Source: Patescibacteria group bacterium (GTDB taxonomy: Bacteria > Patescibacteriota > Patescibacteriia > 2-02-FULL-49-11). From it: 64,000 nucleotides of DNA. A model generated the notes under the pieces. The model was not told where the DNA came from, made no database searches, and saw only the letters and a program-made list of their open reading frames with translations. Shown piece after piece: positions 27,189 through 37,138 of this stretch. Each line of letters opens with the position of its first letter. Position 1 is the stretch's first letter. The stretch covers positions 1,254-65,253 of the forward strand of contig JBAZQN010000011.1 of assembly GCA_041645165.1 (NCBI GenBank). Direction: 5' to 3'. Both the position numbers and the translations under genes were made by a program.

Positions 27189-28391
27189 ATGTTCATACCC
27201 CCTCGGCATATATTAGAAAAGTACGCTAAAGTCCTTATACGTTTCGCGCTCAATTCAGGCAAAGGCATCAAGAAGGGGGATGTTGTGCTTTTGCAGGTTT
27301 CGGAATCAGCCAAGCCTCTCTATGTGGCGTTGAGGAATGAGGTGCTGCGTGCGGGAGGAACCTTTATTTCACAGTATGCGCCGGATGACGTTGCCCGCGA
27401 TTATTATAAGCTCGCATCTCCGGAGCAGTTGCGCGCGTTTCCCACACAATACTACCGCGGGCTTATAGACCAGATAGACCATTCGGTATTCGTGGCGGCG
27501 GAGAGCGATATGCATGAGTTGGAAGGCATACCTCCGAAAAAAATAATGCTGCGCCATCTTTCTCTGAAACCCTATCAGCTCTGGCGGGAAGACAAGGAGA
27601 ATAAAGGCAGATTTACCTGGACCATCGGCCTTTACGGCACCGAGGCAATGGCGCGAGAGGCGCATATGAGCACAAAGGAATACTGGCGACAGATTATCAA
27701 AGCCTGTTTCCTCGATTATGCGGATCCTGTGGCGCAATGGAAAAAGGTATTTTTGAAGGTGGAAAAGACGCAACGCGCGCTCAATCGTTTGCGCATTGAA
27801 TCGCTTGAGGTGAAAGGCGAAGGAGTTGATTTAAGCGTCCGTCTGGGGAAGGGGAGACGGTGGCTTGGAGGGAGCGGAAGGAATATTCCCAGCTTTGAAT
27901 TGTTCATTTCACCCGATTGGAGAGGGGTTGAGGGCACCATACGGTTTAATCAGCCATTGTACCGCTATGGGAACCTCATGGAAGGCGTTTCTTTGGTTTT
28001 CAAAAATGGCGAAGTGGTGAGTGCGCGTGCGCAGAAGAATGGAAAATTGTTGAGGGAAATGATCCGGACTGACCGCGGCGCGAAAAGGGTAGGCGAGTTT
28101 TCGCTAACCGACCGCAGGATGTCCCGCATCACAAAATTTATGGCAGAGACATTGTATGACGAGAACAGGGGCGGCAGGTATGGCAATATGCACATTGCGC
28201 TCGGGAAGGCATATAAGGATTCCTATCCCGGCAATGCGGCCAATCTTTCGAAAGCCGCGTGGCGGGCGCTCGGATATAACGAATCAGCGATTCATACCGA
28301 TGTGGTGAGCACGACGAAAAGAGTGGTGACTGCGGTGCTCAAAGGCGGGAAGAAGAAAGTGATTTATAAGGACGGGGAATTTTTAATGTAA
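27189..28391 (+). CDS. Aminopeptidase, M29 family (AmpS/PepS-like)
   Basis: NIPSFELF, VGEFSL, LYDEN, HIALGKAY, NESAIHTD. Confidence 0.93.
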   Translation: MFIPPRHILEKYAKVLIRFALNSGKGIKKGDVVLLQVSESAKPLYVALRNEVLRAGGTFISQYAPDDVARDYYKLASPEQLRAFPTQYYRGLIDQIDHSVFVAAESDMHELEGIPPKKIMLRHLSLKPYQLWREDKENKGRFTWTIGLYGTEAMAREAHMSTKEYWRQIIKACFLDYADPVAQWKKVFLKVEKTQRALNRLRIESLEVKGEGVDLSVRLGKGRRWLGGSGRNIPSFELFISPDWRGVEGTIRFNQPLYRYGNLMEGVSLVFKNGEVVSARAQKNGKLLREMIRTDRGAKRVGEFSLTDRRMSRITKFMAETLYDENRGGRYGNMHIALGKAYKDSYPGNAANLSKAAWRALGYNESAIHTDVVSTTKRVVTAVLKGGKKKVIYKDGEFLM

Positions 28392-28394
28392 AAT

Positions 28395-28505
28395 CTCAAT
28401 GACCAAATCCTCCCGCCTCAGCGGGATCCCGCTTACCTTAAGAAAATAGAATCAAGGTGCGGGACAATGACCAATGAAATTCCAAATCCCAAATTCAAAA
28501 TCCAA
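28395..28505. repeat. Heptamer-periodic intergenic array with nested 55-bp element (28410-28466; inverted copy 54271-54327)
   Basis: CAATGAC/CAAATCC/CAAATTC units; nested CCCGC..GCGGGATCCCGCTTACCTTA..TCAAGGTGCGGGACA. Confidence 0.75.
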
Positions 28506-29076
28506 AGTGGTAATAATTGTGACGAGGAAGATTTTCTTAAGTGTTATCATCCTATTTTTTCTTTATTTTTTTATCCGCGATTTGAATCCTTCTGGGGCAC
28601 GAGATATAAAATATGATTTTTGCAGGCCTTCCCCGTATGTCTCTGAACTCTCGCCGCTGGGAAGAGTGCTTGCTATAGAAAAGACAGAAGATTTTTGTTA
28701 CCAACGCATGGTGATAGATCCGGTGTACGTAGATGTGCGCCTGCCGCAGTCATATGATGCAGTGACCGTGAGCGCGGTATATAAAAAACCCAGGAGCCAA
28801 ACGTTGTCGCTCGGGGTGAGAGCTTCGCTCTACGAGTGGCAATGGAAGATGGAAACGCTTATCAGTGCCGTACACAATGATTGGCAAACGCAGGAGGTCC
28901 ATTTTGATATAACTGCGCTGCCGCTTGAGCGTCGCCGTATCCGTTTTATTATCTCATCCCCCGGTTTGGGGGATTCAGGCAAGGAAATTGAATTTCGTGA
29001 ATTGACATTTAAATTTAATAAGCAGCCGTTTAACTTAGGCATGGTTAAGAGATGGCTTAAGTCGTTTGTGCGATAA
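28474..29076 (+). CDS. Hypothetical membrane-anchored protein
   Basis: N-terminal TM then a beta-rich domain; start uncertain because it overlaps the repeat. Confidence 0.7.
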   Translation: MKFQIPNSKSKVVIIVTRKIFLSVIILFFLYFFIRDLNPSGARDIKYDFCRPSPYVSELSPLGRVLAIEKTEDFCYQRMVIDPVYVDVRLPQSYDAVTVSAVYKKPRSQTLSLGVRASLYEWQWKMETLISAVHNDWQTQEVHFDITALPLERRRIRFIISSPGLGDSGKEIEFRELTFKFNKQPFNLGMVKRWLKSFVR

Positions 29077-29119
29077 GACAGATAGGTTGGATAAGACACA
29101 TAAGTCGGATAAATGAATT

Positions 29120-29302
29120 ATGGCAAGTATTTTACTTCACGAATTCACCCGTGCGCTCGGCGTTTTCACATTAGGAGGATTTGTGTTGGAGTTTATCAAA
29201 GAAGGGTTAGTGTCAAATTCCTTTGATTTGCATATCGCTGTTTTAGCCCTGATTCCTTTGCTTCTCCTTGATATTTTCTTTATACTACATAACAGCAGTT
29301 AG
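29120..29302 (+). CDS. Small 2-TM membrane protein
   Basis: 60-aa hydrophobic ORF in operon orientation. Confidence 0.55.
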   Translation: MASILLHEFTRALGVFTLGGFVLEFIKEGLVSNSFDLHIAVLALIPLLLLDIFFILHNSS

Positions 29303-29368
29303 ATTCATCCGGTCATTCGACCGGATGCCCGATCGGATGATCGGGCAGATTCTAAATTCTTCACAGGT

Positions 29369-30253
29369 ATGACTATTGTACTGTGCGCGAGCATGAGTTT
29401 TGCCAAAGAGGTGACCGAGACGGCCCTTGCGCTTGAGCGTGCAGGGCATAACGTGCTTCGCCCTTTAAGCCATGAATTGTGGCTTGAGCATGGGATGGAA
29501 AAGGGGAAAGAGGGGGAACTGGAATTTATGCGCGAGTATGATCTCATGCGGAAGCATTATGAGCATATGAAGCGCACAGATGCGCTGGTGGTATTGAATT
29601 ATGAAAAAAGAGGGACCCCGGGCTATATCGGAGGAGGCGTGTTAATGGAAATGGGATTTGCACATGTGCTCCATAAGCCAATCTATCTTTTGCAGCCTTT
29701 GCCTGAAGCGCCTTACCGTGATGAAATTGAGGTAATGAATCCCATACTCCTTCATGGGAATTTGAAAAATATTCCAATAGAGACCACCCCTCCTCTTCTC
29801 CTTACTAAGGAGGGAATCATGGGGGAGGTGAAAGGAGGGCAGATGAAGCGAGTAGCCACGTATGGCCAAAATGACAAAGAGAATGGCTTTTTAATGGAAT
29901 TATTAAAGGAGGGGAGGTTTACGAAAGCGTACCTCACCTCGGTGTTCCCTGAATCATTTAAAGGGTATCACCTCCATAGGGTGCGGGAGACCAACTATGC
30001 GGCAGTGCGCGGTAAAATGCATGTAGTACTTTATGCGATACATGGGCAAGGATGGCGCCGTACCGAATACGTGCTCGACAGCGCCCAGGGCGATACACTC
30101 CATATACCCGTAAATGTGGCGACAGGTTTTGAAAGCGCCACGAAGGAGGAGGCATGGATGATTAATTTTCCCGAACCTGCTTATGACCCGGAACTGAAAG
30201 ATGAGCAAGTTGAATATTCTCAGGAGGAGTTAATACAAGGTATAGTAAAATGA
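29369..30253 (+). CDS. Fusion: nucleoside 2-deoxyribosyltransferase-like domain plus RmlC-like cupin
   Basis: IVLCASM..DALVVLN..GYIGGGVLMEMG; C-terminal KGYHLH..GDTLHIPVNVATGF; linker is repeat-derived. Confidence 0.7.
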   Translation: MTIVLCASMSFAKEVTETALALERAGHNVLRPLSHELWLEHGMEKGKEGELEFMREYDLMRKHYEHMKRTDALVVLNYEKRGTPGYIGGGVLMEMGFAHVLHKPIYLLQPLPEAPYRDEIEVMNPILLHGNLKNIPIETTPPLLLTKEGIMGEVKGGQMKRVATYGQNDKENGFLMELLKEGRFTKAYLTSVFPESFKGYHLHRVRETNYAAVRGKMHVVLYAIHGQGWRRTEYVLDSAQGDTLHIPVNVATGFESATKEEAWMINFPEPAYDPELKDEQVEYSQEELIQGIVK

Positions 30254-30403
30254 TATTGTTAAAATTTTTCAGTAATATTATTTTATAAGCCCCAAACCCC
30301 AATACCCAATGACCAATAAAATCCCAAATCCCAATATTTCAAATTGGTTATTTGGATTTTGAGTTTTATTGGAAATTGGGATTTGGACATTGGGATTTAA
30401 TCA

Positions 30404-30823
30404 ATGCCTATGCCCGACTGTCTTTTTTGCAAAATCGGCACACACGAAATCCAATCGAAAGTGGTGCACGAGGATAGCGAGACGATTGCATTCCTCGACA
30501 TTCATCCCTTGTCTGCGGGGCACACCGTGCTTGTTTCGAAAACCCACACGCCTACGGTGACGACCTTACCCTCGCATGCGCTTTCTCCGCTCATCGTGGC
30601 GGTGCAGCGCGTCACCCATATTATAGAATCAGCCCTCAAACCTGACGGCTTTAATATCGGATGGAATCATGGTGAAGCAGGAGGGCAGACTATAGGGCAT
30701 CTGCATATCCACATAATCCCCCGGTGGCAGGGCGACGGCGGAGGGTCCATCCATACCATCGTGCACAATCCGCCCGCGGAAGATTTGGAGTCGATTTATA
30801 AAAAATTAAAATCAGTCACATGA
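30404..30823 (+). CDS. HIT family hydrolase
   Basis: CLFC, AFLDIHP, GHTVL, HLHIHIIPR. Confidence 0.95.
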   Translation: MPMPDCLFCKIGTHEIQSKVVHEDSETIAFLDIHPLSAGHTVLVSKTHTPTVTTLPSHALSPLIVAVQRVTHIIESALKPDGFNIGWNHGEAGGQTIGHLHIHIIPRWQGDGGGSIHTIVHNPPAEDLESIYKKLKSVT

Positions 30824-30921
30824 GGTATTAGGCATTATGTATCAGGTATTAGGGAGTTGAAGTGCATAATACGTAATACGAAATACGTGATACGAAACCT
30901 TTGTACTATTAATATTTTAAT

Positions 30922-32175
30922 ATGCATTCTCATATAAAGGATATATCGTTCGCGCCTCAAGGGAAACGCCGCATTGAATGGGCTTCCCGCGAAATGCCCG
31001 TATTGAAGCTGATCGCGTCGCGTTTCCAAAAAGAGCAGCCTTTGAAAGGCGTGCGTGTTTCCGCGTGCCTGCATGTGACTGCGGAAACTGCTAATTTAAT
31101 GAAAACATTGCGCGCGGGCGGCGCTGAAGTGCTCCTCTGCGCTTCCAATCCGCTCTCGACCCAAGATGATGTGGCGGCAGCGCTTGTGAAAGAGGGGATG
31201 CCGGTGTTTGCCAAACGGGGGGAGGATCGCGCATCATTCTATCGCCATCTGGTGGCGGCGCTTGACCATCATCCTCAAATCACCATGGACGATGGGGGCG
31301 ACCTTATCTACCTTCTCCATACGAAACGCAAGTCGCAGCTGAAACAGGTTGCCGGCTCGTGCGAGGAAACGACAACCGGGGTGATACGGCTGCGCGCCAT
31401 GGAGAAAGAGGGAAAGCTACGCGTGCCGGTCATTGACGTGAATGATGCCAAAACCAAGCATTTTTTTGATAACCGATATGGCACCGGGCAATCTACCGTG
31501 GACGGCATTGTGCGCGCGACTAACGTGCTCCTCGCAGGCAAGGTTTTTGTGGTTGCGGGATATGGATGGTGCGGAAGGGGGCTTGCCATGCGCGCGCGCG
31601 GCATGGGTGCCCGCGTGGTGGTGACGGAAGTGGATCCGGTTGCCGCGATTGAAGCGGTGATGGACGGATATGAAGTGAAATCCATGGCAGCAGTGGCGGC
31701 GGAAGGAGACATTTTTGTAACCGCGACCGGCGATGTGAGCGTGGTGCGCAAAGAGCACATGCTGCGCATGAAAGACGGGGCGATCCTTGCGAACACGGGG
31801 CATTTCAATGTGGAAATTGACGTCCAAGACCTTGAGAAAATAACGAAAGCGAAGAAGGCAGTGAGGGAGAACGTAGTTGAATTTACATTAAAATCAGGCA
31901 TGCGGCTCAATCTTATTGCAGAGGGCAGGCTTGTCAATTTAGCCGCTGCCGAAGGGCACCCTTCCGCAGTCATGGACATGAGCTTTGCCAATCAGTCTTT
32001 ATCAGCAGAATACCTTTGGCTTCATCGGGGCACGCTCCTGCCGAAGGTGTACCATGTGCCGCAAGAAATAGACGAACGCATTGCTACATTGAAGTTGAAG
32101 GCGATGGGAGTCAGGATAGATACCTTGACTGCTAAACAGGAGAGGTATCTCCAGAGTTGGAGAGAGGGAACTTAG
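30922..32175 (+). CDS. ahcY: Adenosylhomocysteinase
   Basis: [46 protein letters not shown]. Confidence 0.98.
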   Translation: MHSHIKDISFAPQGKRRIEWASREMPVLKLIASRFQKEQPLKGVRVSACLHVTAETANLMKTLRAGGAEVLLCASNPLSTQDDVAAALVKEGMPVFAKRGEDRASFYRHLVAALDHHPQITMDDGGDLIYLLHTKRKSQLKQVAGSCEETTTGVIRLRAMEKEGKLRVPVIDVNDAKTKHFFDNRYGTGQSTVDGIVRATNVLLAGKVFVVAGYGWCGRGLAMRARGMGARVVVTEVDPVAAIEAVMDGYEVKSMAAVAAEGDIFVTATGDVSVVRKEHMLRMKDGAILANTGHFNVEIDVQDLEKITKAKKAVRENVVEFTLKSGMRLNLIAEGRLVNLAAAEGHPSAVMDMSFANQSLSAEYLWLHRGTLLPKVYHVPQEIDERIATLKLKAMGVRIDTLTAKQERYLQSWREGT

Positions 32176-32251
32176 TTGTTTTCGTATTAGTGAACGGCTT
32201 GATTAAGAAATGTCAATCCGTAATACGTGATACGTAATACTTAATACCCCA

Positions 32252-33115
32252 ATGATCGACCTCCACACCCACTCGCTCCACTCCGACGGCACGGAGACGC
32301 CGCGGCAGCTGGTGGAGCGCGCAGAAAAAGCGCATCTTGCCTTATTTGCCATTGCAGACCATGATACGGTTGCAGGACTTGAGGAAGCGGTGGCTGTCGC
32401 GCGTGAGCTTCAAGTGCGGCTGCTGCCCGCGATTGAGCTCACGGTTGACCTTCATGGCGGCCACGTGCACATACTAGGTTACGGGATTGACTGGCAGAAC
32501 AAGGAATTGCGAGAAGCGCTTGTATGGCGGCAAGAAGGGCGGCGCGTGCAATTTTATGAGAAGGTGCGGCTCGCCAATGAACGGTTGCGCGCTGACGGCA
32601 AAAGCCACTTGGACGCAGAAGCACTCTTAAAAACCATTCAGGGGATTCCGGGAAGGCCCCACATCGCGCACGCGATTGTAGCCAAAGGGTGGGAACCGCA
32701 TTTCCGTCCTGCATTTGATAAGTATTTACTTGACTATGTGCCTGAGACCACCGCGTTTAAATCCCAGCAGGCGATTGAGCTCATCCATCGCGCAGGCGGC
32801 ATTGCGTCACTTGCCCATCCGGGTTCGAGTGAGATAGGATTGGGGAGATTTGCGAAGACCGAAAAAGAGGTAAGTGGTGCGCTTAAGGAATTGATCGCGC
32901 AAGGAATTGATGGAGTAGAAGCTTGGACTCCCGCGCATACGTTTGAAACGCGCGTATTCTATGAAAAGCTGGCGCAGGAGTTGCATCTCATCATAACCGG
33001 CGGCACCGACTGGCACGGACCCACGTTTGACGCGCCGGCGCCGGGGGAGTTTGAGATACCGGATGAGGTATGTAATAAATTAAAGAGCGCACTGAAGATT
33101 GATAATCCTTTTTAA
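32252..33115 (+). CDS. PHP domain phosphoesterase (YciV/TrpH-like)
   Basis: IDLHTHSLHSDG, ADHD, HILGY, GRPHIA, LAHP, GGTDWHG. Confidence 0.92.
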   Translation: MIDLHTHSLHSDGTETPRQLVERAEKAHLALFAIADHDTVAGLEEAVAVARELQVRLLPAIELTVDLHGGHVHILGYGIDWQNKELREALVWRQEGRRVQFYEKVRLANERLRADGKSHLDAEALLKTIQGIPGRPHIAHAIVAKGWEPHFRPAFDKYLLDYVPETTAFKSQQAIELIHRAGGIASLAHPGSSEIGLGRFAKTEKEVSGALKELIAQGIDGVEAWTPAHTFETRVFYEKLAQELHLIITGGTDWHGPTFDAPAPGEFEIPDEVCNKLKSALKIDNPF

Positions 33116-33119
33116 GTAT

Positions 33120-34130
33120 ATGCGCATTTTTGTCACAGGCGGAGCAGGATTCATGGGATCGAATTTTGTTCATTACCTCCTCGGGAAATATCCGGGGTAT
33201 GAAGTATTGAATTTTGATAAATTGACCTATGCGGGAAATTTGGAAAATGTGCGTGATCTTGAAACCGATAAGCGCTACCAATTCATCAAGGGAGACATTG
33301 CAGACGAGAAAGCGGTAAGAGGCGCAATGGAGGCTTTTAAGCCAGACGCGGTGATAAATTACGCCGCGGAAACGCATGTGGACCGCTCGATCCAAGCACC
33401 GCGCGATTTTTTATTCACCGATGTGATTGGCACCTACACGCTCCTTGAAGCGGTGAGAGAATTTAACGTGACCCGTTTTATCCAGATTTCCACCGATGAG
33501 GTGTATGGCAGCACCACGCAGGGGAAATTCAGCGAAGAGAGCAGTTTTAATCCTTCAAGCCCTTATTCGGCATCAAAGGCGGGAGGGGATCACATGGTGA
33601 TGGCGTATTGGAGGACGTATAAGGCGCCCGTCATCCGCACTCACTCGTGCAATAATTTTGGCCCCTTTCAGTATCCGGAAAAAATTATTTCATTGTTCAT
33701 CACCAATATCTTGGAAGGCAAGAAGGCACCCTTGTACCAAGGCGGAGAAAAAAATGTGCGCGAATGGATTTATGTGGAAGACCATTGCCGCGCCATTGAC
33801 CACATCCTCCATTATGGGGAATTGGGCGAGGTGTATAATATCGGATCCGGCGATGAGATCGCCAATATTGACCTCACTAAGCGTCTTCTGCAGTTATTGC
33901 ATGTGGGCGAGGAGATGATAGAATATGTGACTGACCGTCCGGGGCATGATTACCGCTATGCCTTAGACTCGAACAAATTGCGCGAGCTTGGCTGGGCGCC
34001 GAAATGGTCGTTTGAGGAGGCGTTAGCGGAGACCGTGGAGTGGTATAAAACACATGCAATCTGGTGGAAGAAATTAAAAAATAAGGATTTTGATAAGTAT
34101 TATAAAAAGCAGTATGGAGAGAGAGTTTGA
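33120..34130 (+). CDS. rfbB: dTDP-glucose 4,6-dehydratase
   Basis: GGAGFMGS, DKLTYAGN, AAETHVDRSI, STDEVYG, YSASK, DRPGHD.RY. Confidence 0.97.
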   Translation: MRIFVTGGAGFMGSNFVHYLLGKYPGYEVLNFDKLTYAGNLENVRDLETDKRYQFIKGDIADEKAVRGAMEAFKPDAVINYAAETHVDRSIQAPRDFLFTDVIGTYTLLEAVREFNVTRFIQISTDEVYGSTTQGKFSEESSFNPSSPYSASKAGGDHMVMAYWRTYKAPVIRTHSCNNFGPFQYPEKIISLFITNILEGKKAPLYQGGEKNVREWIYVEDHCRAIDHILHYGELGEVYNIGSGDEIANIDLTKRLLQLLHVGEEMIEYVTDRPGHDYRYALDSNKLRELGWAPKWSFEEALAETVEWYKTHAIWWKKLKNKDFDKYYKKQYGERV

Positions 34131-34245
34131 AATTATTGTGTGTAAAAATGCTCGTGATGGGACGATTTTATTCGGCGTCGCGATCTAGCAGCTTGATGCG
34201 CCTTTCCGCCTCAAAAATCGCCCATCCCTCGCTTCATAGGTTTTT

Positions 34246-35289
34246 ATGCCTATTTTAGATAAGGGGATATTACAAAAATATAAGAAAGGGGATGAGTGGC
34301 GTTGGTTGTGGAAACTCCATCCCGGGCATTTGCGGTGGAATGGAGGAGGGAAGAATAGCGTGCTAAGGGATCGAAACGCGTATCCCTGGTGGCAGCGTGT
34401 TGCCCATTGGTTTATTCCTCATGAACGAAACGGCTTCAGGCCCCATGCGGTGCGGCACAACGCGTTAATCGGCTATTCGTTTATTCTCATTGCGGCAAAA
34501 GTGGGATTAACGCTCACGCTCTTCTTGAGCGTTCCCAATGAAGCGTATTTTTCTACACTAACCGCCCAGCGGGTGATAGATCTTACCAACCAGGCGCGGG
34601 TGGAAATCGGTATCGCACCCTTGACGGTGAATCCGCTTCTTGAACGGTCTGCTGGCTTGAAAGTGGAAGATATGGCGAAGATGGGTTATTTCACGCATAC
34701 GAATCCTAAAGGAGAAAGCCCGTGGGAGGATTTCAAGCGGGCAGGGTATGAATATACGTATGCCGGAGAAAACCTCGCAATGGATTTTCGGGAAGCGGAA
34801 GAAGTTGTACAGGCATGGATGGAGAGCCCGAAACACCGCGAAAATATACTTAATCCAAAATATCAAGAAATCGGCATTGCGGTGACTACGGGCACGGTGA
34901 AGGGGAGGACGGTGAGTTTGATTGTGCAGCATTTTGGCACGTCGTATCTTGCGGGAACAAAACGCGAATTTGCGCCTGCCGCGCTTGGCGCGGCCACGCA
35001 GAGCCCCCAGGGAGAGCCTGCGCTTGCCGCCGCAGCCACCCAAGTCACGCTTACCCAAGGCGCCACGCCATTTTCCCTGAATAAGCTCATGAACGTGGCA
35101 TTATGGACTTTCGCGGTGTTTGCGCTCGGGATGATCGTACAGCTCTTGCTCACCATTGTCATCCATATAAAAATACAGCACCGCGGGACGATTTATGCGT
35201 GCCTCGCGGTGATTGCGCTCGCGGTAGGGTTGCTCTATACGAATGTCCACTTCTTGGAGCGTCTGGGCAGCGTGCCGATTATATTTTAA
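34246..35289 (+). CDS. CAP/SCP domain membrane protein
   Basis: LTNQAR, GYFTH, YAGENLA, WMESPKHRENIL. Confidence 0.9.
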   Translation: MPILDKGILQKYKKGDEWRWLWKLHPGHLRWNGGGKNSVLRDRNAYPWWQRVAHWFIPHERNGFRPHAVRHNALIGYSFILIAAKVGLTLTLFLSVPNEAYFSTLTAQRVIDLTNQARVEIGIAPLTVNPLLERSAGLKVEDMAKMGYFTHTNPKGESPWEDFKRAGYEYTYAGENLAMDFREAEEVVQAWMESPKHRENILNPKYQEIGIAVTTGTVKGRTVSLIVQHFGTSYLAGTKREFAPAALGAATQSPQGEPALAAAATQVTLTQGATPFSLNKLMNVALWTFAVFALGMIVQLLLTIVIHIKIQHRGTIYACLAVIALAVGLLYTNVHFLERLGSVPIIF

Positions 35290-35423
35290 TGGTATCAGCT
35301 TTTTAATACTATTGCGTAAAGTAGCGTATCATGTAGCGCGAAGTAGCTTCTATGCCCTATCAGTAGAAGCCACTTTTCGCCAGCACATGGGCCAGTGTGC
35401 GCCACTAACGTGAAGAGTTTAAT

Positions 35424-36821
35424 TTATCGTCCTGCGCCGGAGAGAACGGTTTTAATCGTCCGCAGGAGAATTGCCGTATCGAGGACAAACGAGCGGTTCT
35501 TGATGTAGTAAAGGTCATATTGCAATTTTTCCATGGTATCTTCCGGCGAAGCACTGTGGTACGTACCCGAGATTTGATCCCATCCCGTGAGCCCTGGTTT
35601 AACCACCAGGCGTTCTTTGTAAAATGGGATTTTATCGCTTAATGCTTCCACAAATTCCGGCCTTTCCGGCCGCGGACCCACGAAACTCATATCCCCCTTG
35701 AGCACATTGATAAGCTGGGGAAGCTCGTCAAGCCTTGTTTTCCGCAGGAAGCGACCCACTTTTGTAACGCGGGGATCGCCCTGGGTCGCCCATTGCGGCC
35801 CGTTTTTTTCCGCGTGTATATCCATGGAGCGGAATTTCATGGCAAGGAACACTTTGCCATTTTTACCAACGCGGTGCTGCATGAAGAATCCTGATCCGGG
35901 AGATTCAAGCTTTATGGCAGCATAGATGAAAGGGGCAAGCGGCGCGGCCACGATAAGCGAGAAAAGAGAGAGCACAATATCGGAAGTGCGTTTGAATATC
36001 TCATAGAGCGGTTTGTGCGCGCCAGTCGCATGTTTCATGAACCACAGTTCGCCAATGCTCTCGACAGGCACTTTTCCCGTAGCTGTTTCATAGAGGGTGG
36101 GCAGATCAGTGATTTGAGTTCTTAAATTCCGATGCATAAAGAGCGCCTGTAAAAGCGTTGGGCTCATGTGCTGATCCGTGGCAGCGACAATAAGTTCGAC
36201 GCGTTCGTTCATGATGAGGGGCGCGATCTCTTCGAGCGTAGCGGTTGTTTTTACGGGCATGCCCATTCGGCGCAGCCGTTCAGTCTCCTCAAGCGAACAT
36301 TCATCAGAATTAATTACCCAATATACCAGAAGGTAGCCGAGCTGGGGGTTATGCTGAAGCGTGCTGCTTAAAGCAAAAGCATCTTTGGAATATCCAAGGA
36401 TGAGGGTGCGGATAAGGAGCGCGGTCCCCAAAATATGGTTAAGCAAACGCCGCCAGAGTGTAATTAAAAGTGCGGTAAGTGCGACAAATAGTATGAGGTT
36501 CAAGCGCGGGGTAATGCCAGGACGCACGACATAGAAAAATATGGCCGCAAGCGCGGTAGCGCCAACCATTGCCTGGATAAGAGCGCTTGAGAAGATTTTC
36601 GAATTGCGCGCAATCGAAAGCTGATAAAGTCCAGTAATGGCAAAACTCACTAAATAAATTATAAAGACGAGAGAGAAAGGGAAGAAGTGCTGCTGCCACC
36701 GTTCGGCGCTGGGAATGCTTCCATAGCGGATAAGGAGCGTAAAAAAAAGGGCGGAATACAGGACGACGATATCACCTGCGAATAACGTTAGGGTGCGCCA
36801 GCGGTGGGTAGAATAAGTCAT
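35424..36821 (-). CDS. Polyprenyl-phosphate glycosylphosphotransferase (WcaJ/WbaP-like)
   Basis: Four N-terminal TMs; KFRSM, DPRVT, LDELPQL, MSFVGPRPE, KPGLTGW, YDLYY. Confidence 0.95.
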   Translation of the reverse strand: MTYSTHRWRTLTLFAGDIVVLYSALFFTLLIRYGSIPSAERWQQHFFPFSLVFIIYLVSFAITGLYQLSIARNSKIFSSALIQAMVGATALAAIFFYVVRPGITPRLNLILFVALTALLITLWRRLLNHILGTALLIRTLILGYSKDAFALSSTLQHNPQLGYLLVYWVINSDECSLEETERLRRMGMPVKTTATLEEIAPLIMNERVELIVAATDQHMSPTLLQALFMHRNLRTQITDLPTLYETATGKVPVESIGELWFMKHATGAHKPLYEIFKRTSDIVLSLFSLIVAAPLAPFIYAAIKLESPGSGFFMQHRVGKNGKVFLAMKFRSMDIHAEKNGPQWATQGDPRVTKVGRFLRKTRLDELPQLINVLKGDMSFVGPRPERPEFVEALSDKIPFYKERLVVKPGLTGWDQISGTYHSASPEDTMEKLQYDLYYIKNRSFVLDTAILLRTIKTVLSGAGR

Positions 36822-36906
36822 AGAACAAATGAGAATACCTTAATTCTGACTCATTGTCCATTGTTTTTCAAGTGCATGCGATTATGGTATTATAGTAGCA
36901 CTGTCC

Positions 36907-37138
36907 TATGCCCCGCAATACAACATCCAAGAGGGAGGCAGAGACATTAGCGCAGAGAATGGATAATATAAGGGAATCTGCATGAGTGCGCTAATAGGTA
37001 TTTTTATGGCCTCCCTCACCGATCGCCAAACGTTTTCTCCCATCATAATTATGCATCACTACTCCAAGGTCGCATTCATTCTAGGTATTTATACCATGCC
37101 AGCCGCGTTTGGCGTTGGATGTTGATATACGGGGTATG
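36907..37138 (+). other. ~230-bp structured element ending at a start codon; homolog at 50649-50876
   Basis: Terminal stem CCCCG..CAACATCCAA / TTGGATGTTG..CGGGG bracketed by TATG; inner stems GAGGGAGGC/GCCTCCCTC and CGCCA/TGGCG. Confidence 0.85.
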
